Below, one piece after another: positions 39,409 to 47,527 of a DNA stretch of 64,000 bases. The translations under genes and the position numbers were made by a program. The stretch spans positions 188,373 to 252,372 of IMG/VR virus record IMGVR_UViG_3300021254_000021, one strand, 5' to 3'. This DNA is from a virus (lineage: Duplodnaviria > Caudoviricetes). Within the stretch, counting starts at the first letter, position 1, and every line of letters begins with the position of its first letter. The notes below the pieces were generated by a model, which did not search any database, had not been told where the DNA came from, and worked only from the letters and a program-made list of their open reading frames with translations.

Positions 39409-40179
39409 ATGCTTTCTGTTTTAACCTTAACTTTTGATTCTTATATTCAGTCTTTTGGAGAGAACTCTATTATAGCAAAACATAGAGACTCTGGTGACTT
39501 GCCTACTAAGAGTATGGTAATAGGAATGATTCTTAATGCTTTAGGGCATGATAAATACTCTGATGATCCAGACTCTAAGTGTTTACCAGAGGTATGGTCA
39601 AATAAACTTAGATTTGCTACTAAGAAGTTATACAAAAGAGATGCTTATAAAAAGACGGATTACTGTATAGCTAGGCGGAATGATAAAATTAAAGAGAATG
39701 ATGTGATAAAAAAAGATTACATTATCAATGGCAAATACCATGTTTACTTAGAGGGAGATAATGCTGATATAGTATATATTGCTAAAGCTCTTTTAAATCC
39801 TAAAAGACAGCTATATCTTGGACGTAAATGCTGTGTTTTACAAGACAGTTTGTGTTGGGATAAAAGAGAGACTAAGCCTACTATTACAGAGAATGTCCGT
39901 ATTGAGGATGTCATATTTAAAGATGTGAATCTAACGAAACCATTTCCTACTCATCTTATAGAAGGCGGAGATATAGCTCTATATAAGAAAAAGACTCTTA
40001 GTGAGGAAGGGAAACATTGTTTAGACACTGTGTTAGGCGGTAAAATGTGGAAGCCCACATTCTTCATAAAGAAGAAAACGACTCCATTGCAATTCGATAA
40101 ACAGTTATGGGGTGATATGCTTTGTTACTCTATAACCTATATGAAGTACAATGACTTAGAGGAGATTGAAGATGAATAA
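39409..40179 (+). CDS. cas5: type I-E Cas5 (CasD)
   Basis: IQSFG...R.S...PTKS.VIG.I.NALG; LYLGRKCC. Confidence 0.92.
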   Translation: MLSVLTLTFDSYIQSFGENSIIAKHRDSGDLPTKSMVIGMILNALGHDKYSDDPDSKCLPEVWSNKLRFATKKLYKRDAYKKTDYCIARRNDKIKENDVIKKDYIINGKYHVYLEGDNADIVYIAKALLNPKRQLYLGRKCCVLQDSLCWDKRETKPTITENVRIEDVIFKDVNLTKPFPTHLIEGGDIALYKKKTLSEEGKHCLDTVLGGKMWKPTFFIKKKTTPLQFDKQLWGDMLCYSITYMKYNDLEEIEDE

Positions 40180-40771
40180 TGAAACATTGCTTACTGTAAT
40201 AGATGTATCTCATTCTTCACGATATGCAGAGATAAAAGAAAATATGGATATTCTGCATGGTATTATATACTCAGCATTTTATCCCCATAAGGATGAAAAG
40301 AAATTATACCAGTGTGATGCAGAACAAAAAGAGATTAGGATTTTGTCTAATAAAGCACCTAGTAAAAGTCACTTAGTAGGCGAGTTCGATATTAGCTTTG
40401 ATGATATTCATATTTACGATTACTCTACTAGACTTAATAACATGACAGAGAAGAAGGTGTGTGATTTTATGTTGATTGGAAACCCTGTTTATAAACAGGA
40501 TGGACGGAGACTCCCTATTAAGGATAAAGAAGGGTGTGTGAAATGGCTGTTTGATAAGTCTAAGAATTTGGGGTTCATTATAAAAGACATAGACACTTCC
40601 TACATAGCTCCATATATAGGTAAAAATAACATTAAATTAAATACCGTACAGTTTAATGGTGTTTTAGAGATAACAGACTCCACCTTATTCAAGAATACAA
40701 TCTTAACAGGTATAGGGCATGAAAAAGGATTCGGGTTTGGTCTGCTATGGGTAGAAAATAAAACTCATTAA
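40172..40771 (+). CDS. cas6e: type I-E Cas6e (Cse3/CasE)
   Basis: LH..I..AF, F.L.GNP, V.F.G.L.ITD, GIGHEKGFGFGLL. Confidence 0.93.
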   Translation: MNNETLLTVIDVSHSSRYAEIKENMDILHGIIYSAFYPHKDEKKLYQCDAEQKEIRILSNKAPSKSHLVGEFDISFDDIHIYDYSTRLNNMTEKKVCDFMLIGNPVYKQDGRRLPIKDKEGCVKWLFDKSKNLGFIIKDIDTSYIAPYIGKNNIKLNTVQFNGVLEITDSTLFKNTILTGIGHEKGFGFGLLWVENKTH

Positions 40772-40822
40772 ATTGGAGTATTGGGTAAATAGAAACCGAG
40801 ATTCTACCTAAGAATTTTTAGT
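40760..40822 (+). promoter_or_regulatory. CRISPR leader 2
   Basis: homologous to leaders 1, 3, 4. Confidence 0.85.
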
Positions 40823-41073
40823 GTATTTCCCCCGTACAGGGGGATGTTCCTTAGTGGGCACTGAAAAAATATCTTTTTAATAAGTATTTCCCCCGTACAG
40901 GGGGATGTTCCTGTTCGCACCGTTTATAAATAAAGCTGTAATCGGTATTTCCCCCGTACAGGGGGATGTTCCTTTAAGGGTCGAAATGCCTTTAGTGCAA
41001 GGTGCGTAATTCCCCCTATATGAGGGATGTTCCTTTTCGACATTAATAATTCCCCCATATAGGGGGATGTTCC
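40823..41073 (+). CRISPR. CRISPR array 2, repeat GTATTTCCCCCGTACAGGGGGATGTTCC
   Basis: repeats at 40823, 40884, 40945, variants 41006, 41046; spacers 33, 33, 33, 12 nt. Confidence 0.97.
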
Positions 41074-41104
41074 GGGAGAGTTTCCATTTTAAAGGAGTTT
41101 AAAC

Positions 41105-41914
41105 ATGAGCGAAACACAGTTTAAAACAATACATCCAGAATATAAGATTGTTGGGTTTGATGGTACATCCCGTGTTTATTCTGGCAATCCCTCTTTATCC
41201 CAGATACCCAAAATTCTGCGTCATGCTGTTATTCCACATGAGGGTAACAAGTTTATGTATGTAGATTTGAAAGCGGCAGAAGTTTACATTCTTTGCAAAT
41301 GGGCTAAGTGTCAGGTGCTTATAGAGGCTTATGAGAATGGACAAGACCTCTACACCTTTATAGCCCAGACAGTCTTACATAAACAGACGATTGATAAGAA
41401 TGAGCGAGATACAATGAAGGTGGTGGTGCTTTCCATTCTCTATGGATCAGAGGGAAGTAGTGCGGCGAGGGCTCTACACATTACAGAGGAAGAAGCTAAA
41501 GCACTGGTAGATAAATTCATGTTTGCTTTTCCAGAGATTGCACAGTTTCAAGCTAATGCCTATGCTTACACTGTAGCTCACGGATACACTCAATCCTTTT
41601 ATTTTCGTCCTCGTATTCTTAAAGAGGATCAGTCTAATGGAGATGCTTCACGTAAAAGACAGTGTGTGAATAATGCTGTGCAGAATACGTGTGCAGACTG
41701 TCTTAAAATCTGTATTGGACAGCATGATAGAAAATCACCCATAAAGTTTATTACCACAGTCTTTGACTCTGTACTGTTTGAAGTACCACAGGACTTCACC
41801 ATAACTCAAGCTAAAGACTTCCTTTCCACCTTCTTTAAACCATGTGCCCCATTTAACTTTAGGTATGAGTATGCATTAGGGCAGACTTGGGGCGAGGCTC
41901 AAGATCAGCTTTAA
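41105..41914 (+). CDS. polA: family A DNA polymerase, C-terminal part (palm/fingers)
   Basis: TSRVYSGNPSLSQIP, motif A YVDLKAAE, motif B R...K...SILYG, N..VQ.T.AD..K, motif C TVFDS; own RBS AAGGAG. Confidence 0.92.
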   Translation: MSETQFKTIHPEYKIVGFDGTSRVYSGNPSLSQIPKILRHAVIPHEGNKFMYVDLKAAEVYILCKWAKCQVLIEAYENGQDLYTFIAQTVLHKQTIDKNERDTMKVVVLSILYGSEGSSAARALHITEEEAKALVDKFMFAFPEIAQFQANAYAYTVAHGYTQSFYFRPRILKEDQSNGDASRKRQCVNNAVQNTCADCLKICIGQHDRKSPIKFITTVFDSVLFEVPQDFTITQAKDFLSTFFKPCAPFNFRYEYALGQTWGEAQDQL

Positions 41915-41917
41915 AAT

Positions 41918-41981
41918 AAAACTCATTAAATTCAATGCTTGAATAAATAGGAAACGTAGATTCTACCTAAGAAATTTTAGT
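41918..41981 (+). promoter_or_regulatory. CRISPR leader 3
   Basis: identical to leader 1. Confidence 0.85.
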
Positions 41982-42129
41982 GTATTTCCCCCCCCCATAT
42001 AGGGGGGGATGTTCCTGATGCGTCCAGTGCATCATTATCTCATTTTTAGTGTATTCCCCCTATACAGGGGGATGTTCCTAGCGTTGCGGTAGACCTGATT
42101 AGTGATTTCCCCTATATGGGGGATGTTTT
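41982..42129 (+). CRISPR. CRISPR mini-array 3
   Basis: repeats at 41982 (expanded C9/G7 runs), 42051, degenerate 42102; spacers 35 and 23 nt. Confidence 0.9.
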
Positions 42130-42179
42130 GCTGTAATTAAATCCCCACAGACCAACTTTACAAAAATTTGGAGAGACTT

Positions 42180-44417
42180 ATGCCAACTACAGACCTTATA
42201 GAGGAAAGGACATATTCCTTTAATCTTTCAGACAAACCGTGGGTATTGGTAACAACAGAGAAAGGAAGTACAAAGAGACTTTCTTTAAGAGAGGTGTTTA
42301 GTCAAGCTGAGAACATTATTTGTCTTTCCAATGAGAATGTGTATGTAGATGCTTCTATAACCCTTTTGCTTTTTGCCATTCTCTATACAGCATATAGTAG
42401 AAATGCAGATACAAAAGATATGGATCAGGATGAGTTTACCTATCGTAAAGATGTTATTTTGGATTATTTAGATTCTGTGCATGACAAGTTTGATTTGTAT
42501 GATGCACAATATCCTTTCATGCAGATTCGAGAGGATTTTAAAGTAGAAAATGCCCCTTGTACTAAAGAAATTAAAGAAAGATCTAAACATGTTGGGTACG
42601 AGAAGGTTTCTAAGTCAAACTCTCTTAGAGCTAAAGGTAAAGAAATAAAGTGTTTGAATCCGTTTTCATCCTCATCCCATAAATCCTCTCAATGGTCTTT
42701 AAAAGAGGATTATACGGATGATTGGATAGCCCGTCACCTTGTTACATACAGACTCTTTCATTTGTCAGCGTCTGCGGCAAGAGGAGATTCTATTACGATA
42801 AAGGCGGGTGTTTTAACAAAAAATATTTCTCTAATGTTTATTACTGGTGAGACTCTGGCTGATCTATTCCATCTTAACTTTAAAGAAAAAAATCTTGGAA
42901 AGGAGATGCACCCTATATGGGAGCAGGATCAGGAAGCAGAAGATGCTTATATAAATAGTAAGGTATTTTTTGATAAAAAAGAAGGTGTTTATTATGATGC
43001 TTATTCTGATCATGCAGATATAGCTAGGATATTAACTTACAGTAATGTTTATATCAATATAGACCCATATAAAAAAGAAAAAGAATTTAGACAGTGCTAT
43101 CGTCTGCCAATAAAGTTGTTTAGTATTAGATCTAATTCCGATGGTAAAGACTCCTCAATGTATGATTGGTCATATCTTAGTGAAAGATTAAATATCTTTT
43201 GTGGCAATCTGGACAGAAACTCATACTCAATACAAAAAGAGATTCTATGGGATTCTGATAATGAGTCTTTAATTAAAGCAAAGTACATTTCTTTAGTGCG
43301 TACACCAGAATTAAATGATCAAAATTCCACTTACACACAACTATTCACAAAACCAATAAATCTTATTGGAAATGGTTTACTTAAAGTTGATACACAGGAT
43401 GATGACCATAAAGAGTACATACGAGATCTCTTTACTAAGTTATGTGGTACACTTGAGGCGTCAGAAAATAAATTTAAAAATAGGTGTGATATTGCTTTAA
43501 AACAACTCTTTAACAAAGATGACCCAAAGAAGAATAAAGGAAACAAGAAAAAGGAAACGATTTCAAAGATATATGAAAGTATTCATGTATCAGATTCCTC
43601 TTATGCAGAAACCCAATTCTTTGATTTCATTACATCAATAGCAGAGAAGCTATCGGATGCAAACTTACTAGAAAAAGAGGAGAATGCACTAAGTAAAAGG
43701 GTATATGCTCATTACCTAACTTCGTATAAAAACTTTATTAAAGACTACTGTCCCAAGCTGTACTTCTTACTAAGCGACAAACTAACACTAGGAGTAAATA
43801 CAATGAGTAAACTCGAAACTATAAAAGCTATATCCACAAATACTTATGCCTGTATGAAAGCTAACTTTAAAGACTTAGTACAGCTAAGAAGTATGCGGCA
43901 ATGTAAATATGTCCCAGACTTAAATTTAGAGGGCTTTCGTTTATTCTCGAATGGTGGAAGGAGAGATCACTATATGAAGGAAGGTATTAAATATGCTTTA
44001 TATTTGTGGTCAAACCACCAACATAAAATGGGTGATGGTTATGCAGGAGTTATTATAAAAGAAGACTTTATAAAGGAAACCACAAGCTACAAGAATACCT
44101 TTGGGTATGTGATGTATAAGTTAAGACCATTCTACACTGAAGATGAATGGAAAAGCAAACTACATAAATATGAATTAGCCTCACATAACATAGATAGGCT
44201 TGCCAAATTCATCCTACTTACTACTAAAGAGGCTTTAGACCATAATATAGATGTTCAGTTAGACTATGGCCGTCTTGCCTATTTCTTTACTCGAATCTTA
44301 GAGAATACAGGTAATACACATGAGTTTCTTGAAGATGTTATGGTAGGGTTTTACTTAGCTAAAGAGGAAGTAATTTCTCGTACAGGGGAATGTTCTGAGG
44401 AAAGTGAAACTCATTAA
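42180..44417 (+). CDS. cas8e: type I-E Cas8e (Cse1) fused in frame to Cas11 (Cse2)
   Basis: FNLSDKPWVLV, FDLYDAQYPFMQ (Cse1); C-terminal YALYLWSNHQ, TFG, LDYGRLA (Cse2-like). Confidence 0.88.
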   Translation: MPTTDLIEERTYSFNLSDKPWVLVTTEKGSTKRLSLREVFSQAENIICLSNENVYVDASITLLLFAILYTAYSRNADTKDMDQDEFTYRKDVILDYLDSVHDKFDLYDAQYPFMQIREDFKVENAPCTKEIKERSKHVGYEKVSKSNSLRAKGKEIKCLNPFSSSSHKSSQWSLKEDYTDDWIARHLVTYRLFHLSASAARGDSITIKAGVLTKNISLMFITGETLADLFHLNFKEKNLGKEMHPIWEQDQEAEDAYINSKVFFDKKEGVYYDAYSDHADIARILTYSNVYINIDPYKKEKEFRQCYRLPIKLFSIRSNSDGKDSSMYDWSYLSERLNIFCGNLDRNSYSIQKEILWDSDNESLIKAKYISLVRTPELNDQNSTYTQLFTKPINLIGNGLLKVDTQDDDHKEYIRDLFTKLCGTLEASENKFKNRCDIALKQLFNKDDPKKNKGNKKKETISKIYESIHVSDSSYAETQFFDFITSIAEKLSDANLLEKEENALSKRVYAHYLTSYKNFIKDYCPKLYFLLSDKLTLGVNTMSKLETIKAISTNTYACMKANFKDLVQLRSMRQCKYVPDLNLEGFRLFSNGGRRDHYMKEGIKYALYLWSNHQHKMGDGYAGVIIKEDFIKETTSYKNTFGYVMYKLRPFYTEDEWKSKLHKYELASHNIDRLAKFILLTTKEALDHNIDVQLDYGRLAYFFTRILENTGNTHEFLEDVMVGFYLAKEEVISRTGECSEESETH
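43803..44417 (+). CDS. cas11: Cas11/Cse2 from putative internal in-frame start (204 aa)
   Basis: AGGAG at 43790-43794, 8 nt before in-frame ATG (MSKLETIK...). Confidence 0.7.
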   Translation: MSKLETIKAISTNTYACMKANFKDLVQLRSMRQCKYVPDLNLEGFRLFSNGGRRDHYMKEGIKYALYLWSNHQHKMGDGYAGVIIKEDFIKETTSYKNTFGYVMYKLRPFYTEDEWKSKLHKYELASHNIDRLAKFILLTTKEALDHNIDVQLDYGRLAYFFTRILENTGNTHEFLEDVMVGFYLAKEEVISRTGECSEESETH

Positions 44418-44468
44418 ATTTGAGGATTGTGTAAATAGAAACCGAGATTCTACCTAAGAATTTTTAGG
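44407..44468 (+). promoter_or_regulatory. CRISPR leader 4
   Basis: closest to leader 2. Confidence 0.85.
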
Positions 44469-44741
44469 GTATTCTCCCTATACAGGGGGATGTTCCTAAC
44501 CCGTAAGTGTTGGGATCGGTTCGTTACACGTATTCCCCCTATACAGGGGGATTTTCCTCTTAGTGAGGTATGAGAATGAATGAATTTGACGTATTCCCCC
44601 TATACAGGGGGATGTTCCGGTGATGCCAAAGCTGAAATAAAACTAAAGAATAGTATTCCCCCTATACAGGGGGATGTTCCTAGACTTCCCAGTCTTTCGC
44701 GTTTCACACCTTTGTACTTTCCACTGTACGGGGGATGATAA
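44469..44741 (+). CRISPR. CRISPR array 4, repeat GTATTCCCCCTATACAGGGGGATGTTCC
   Basis: repeats at 44469, 44530, 44591, 44653, degenerate 44714; spacers 33, 33, 34, 33 nt. Confidence 0.97.
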
Positions 44742-44774
44742 AAGTATTTAACCAACTTTAAAAGGAGACAAGCA

Positions 44775-47456
44775 GTGTTGAGTATTTCAAGAGAAATTCT
44801 TGGTAAAAAAGAAGGGGATGCTTCTTTATCTTTACAATACCACCTTAATGATGTGGCAACCGTAGCGGAGTTTCTTTGGGATAAATGGTTATGTTCAGAG
44901 ACAAAGAAAGAGATAGAAGCTGTTTTCCCTCAAGCGAGATCCTTTCTTTTACTTTCCTGTTACCTACATGACTTAGGCAAAGCCTCTACGGATTTCCAAG
45001 ACCGACTTCTCTCTGGTAGTAGAAATGGTATAGATCATGTTACTTTAACTAACTTTATGTTGTCTGATTATGTGGAATCCTTTATTGGAAAGAGTAAAGG
45101 AAGGAAATTATTGGAAGATAGTTTCCTTCGTGAGGTGCTTTCATATCATCATGGAATACTAGCCCTTATCCATTTAACACAAACTCTATCTACGTCAGAA
45201 GGTGTAAAAGAGGAAACGTTTAAAAATCAAAGGTATATTCAGTTTAGCCAGACTTGCTTATATATAGAGTCTCTTTTAGAAGAATTGAATTTATCAAAAG
45301 ATATTCTTACACTACCACGTAAAAGTATTCCTTTTTATGTACGAGACACTTTATCAGGATTGTTAATTATGTCAGACTGGTTAGGTAGTACCGTACAGTT
45401 GTTTCCTTACAATGATTTACCTTATGAGGATAGAAAAAAGAGGGCGTTAGATCAGCTTAATAATCTCCTAGTCAATACTTCGATAAAGAAATTTGAATCA
45501 CAGGAAACCTTCTTTTCAGAAGTATTTGGTTTTGAACCTAATGCTTTACAAAAGTCTGTATTTTCTGTGGATGTTTCCTCTAAAAGATTAGTATTTATGG
45601 AGGCCCCAACAGGACATGGTAAAACAGAGGCGGCTATAACTTTAGCTTATCGTTATTGTGATCTTACTGATAGAGGTATTTATATAGCAATGCCCACCAG
45701 AGCTACCAGTAATGCCTTATATAACAGAATCAGCGGCTTTATAAAGAAGGTGTATAATAACCCAGAGATGTGTAAGTTGTATCATTCTAAAGCAGACCTC
45801 TTCTTTTATTCTAAAGGTGATGATGAATGTAAAGAAGATATGGATATGCCTAGTTGGGTATTAGACCATTTTTTCAAATATAAGCTAACTAATGCGAGAA
45901 AGTTTATTCTTGGTACAACAGACCATGTATTAAAGATGTGTATGAATGTTAAACACTTTACTATGCACCATGCTTGCTTAGTAAATCATGTTATTGTGTT
46001 TGATGAGGTACACTCTTATGATGATTGTATGTTTTCATGTCTCTGTGCTTCATTAGCCCTTTTAGCAAAGTATAAAGTCCCCGTTATTATTCTGTCAGCA
46101 ACCATGCCCGATGAAAAGAGACAACAGCTTATAGAGGCGTATGGCAGAGATATGTCTTTGTGTCTTAATGCTTATCCCAAAAGTGAATCTATTATAGACG
46201 ATGATATAGTAGTGAGAGTTAAAGAGAAGGAAAAGAATAAAGTAGTATCTTTTGACCTTTCCTTACAACCAGAGTATTGTCCACCAACAGAACATGAAAA
46301 AGATGCAAGGGCTATAATAAATAAAATAAAGTCTTTAGGTAGCACTGGTTATTATGGCGTTGTTGTAAATACAGTGGACAGATCACAGGATTTTTATGAC
46401 TTCTTTACAGAGGAATTTGGTAAAGATAATGTCATTCTTTTGCATTCTCGAATGGTTGCCGAGCATAGAGAGGCAATAGAAAAGAACCTTATTTCCTCTT
46501 TAGGTAAAAAAGGGTTTAGTAAAAGAAAAGAGGGGAACTATTTTAAGGTAGTTATTTCTACTCAAATTGTTGAGCAGAGTATAGACATAGACTTCGACTG
46601 TTTGTTTACAGACTTGTGTCCAATGGATGCTTTAGTTCAAAGAGTGGGGCGACTGCATAGGCACAGTCAGAATGATTCTTATAGACCTAGAACATTAAAG
46701 CAACCATTCTTTTATGTAATGCAAGCCTATTCTAAAGTACAGAAGGAGGATGGTCTAGTTTCTTATATAACCGACTTTTCTAATTGTACAGACAATTATG
46801 CTAATCTTATTTATTCCCCGTACTTGATGCTTGCTACTTATGCAGAACTGATCTCTCTTAATGGTAAGTTAGATACCGTTACAGAAACAGAGAAGGTAAT
46901 AAAAGGAGTATTTAATTTTAACGCTGATAAGAGCTTATTTGGAAAGTCTTTAATGCAGATTCATTCTGAGTATGCTTTAGATAAGAGTGCTACGGAACAT
47001 GATACATACAAGGATATGTTTATAAAGTCGGAAGATCTTAAAGACTTTAAAAAGTATTTAAATAAGAATAAGAGTTTCTTGTTAGAAACAGGTTTAAATG
47101 AAGTCAAGGACGGAGAAGTCCGAGATACATTACCATCATTAGAAGTAATTATGCTTAATAAACAAATAGATGAGTATGGTAATACCACATATACCTCATG
47201 CTTTGATGGTTCTGTACTGCATACTTTTAGTAAAGAGGAAACAGATTTCCATACAATAAACCTACCCACTAAGATTGTTCGTAAAAGTGGTGGGATAAAA
47301 GCATTAAGGGAGAAGTTAAAAAGTATGAAACCTGAGAGAGTAAAGTTAAACAGATCTCCGTATTTAGTGTTTGAAGATGCGGAATTACTACCTTTACAAG
47401 ATACTGGAATAACTCTTTGGTATGATAGGGATAAAGGCTTAATGATTTGTGGCTAA
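44775..47456 (+). CDS. cas3: Cas3 HD nuclease-helicase
   Basis: HL.DV, LHDLGKA, HHG, SDW.GS; APTGHGKTEAA, DEVH, SAT, QRVGRLHRH. Confidence 0.96.
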   Translation: MLSISREILGKKEGDASLSLQYHLNDVATVAEFLWDKWLCSETKKEIEAVFPQARSFLLLSCYLHDLGKASTDFQDRLLSGSRNGIDHVTLTNFMLSDYVESFIGKSKGRKLLEDSFLREVLSYHHGILALIHLTQTLSTSEGVKEETFKNQRYIQFSQTCLYIESLLEELNLSKDILTLPRKSIPFYVRDTLSGLLIMSDWLGSTVQLFPYNDLPYEDRKKRALDQLNNLLVNTSIKKFESQETFFSEVFGFEPNALQKSVFSVDVSSKRLVFMEAPTGHGKTEAAITLAYRYCDLTDRGIYIAMPTRATSNALYNRISGFIKKVYNNPEMCKLYHSKADLFFYSKGDDECKEDMDMPSWVLDHFFKYKLTNARKFILGTTDHVLKMCMNVKHFTMHHACLVNHVIVFDEVHSYDDCMFSCLCASLALLAKYKVPVIILSATMPDEKRQQLIEAYGRDMSLCLNAYPKSESIIDDDIVVRVKEKEKNKVVSFDLSLQPEYCPPTEHEKDARAIINKIKSLGSTGYYGVVVNTVDRSQDFYDFFTEEFGKDNVILLHSRMVAEHREAIEKNLISSLGKKGFSKRKEGNYFKVVISTQIVEQSIDIDFDCLFTDLCPMDALVQRVGRLHRHSQNDSYRPRTLKQPFFYVMQAYSKVQKEDGLVSYITDFSNCTDNYANLIYSPYLMLATYAELISLNGKLDTVTETEKVIKGVFNFNADKSLFGKSLMQIHSEYALDKSATEHDTYKDMFIKSEDLKDFKKYLNKNKSFLLETGLNEVKDGEVRDTLPSLEVIMLNKQIDEYGNTTYTSCFDGSVLHTFSKEETDFHTINLPTKIVRKSGGIKALREKLKSMKPERVKLNRSPYLVFEDAELLPLQDTGITLWYDRDKGLMICG

Positions 47457-47527
47457 TTGAGGGATGAAAAATCCGTTTCATTTCCCATGACACCAACTTT
47501 ACAAAAATTTTCCAAAAGGAGACAACC

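Noticed and set aside
37378-41104. Group I/II intron or split intein joining the polA halves
   Set aside because: No intein motifs at either end, no intron core seen, and polA-C has its own RBS and ATG
41988-42008. Expanded C9/G7 runs in array 3 repeat 1 as a functional variant
   Set aside because: Homopolymer slippage or sequencing error cannot be excluded without reads
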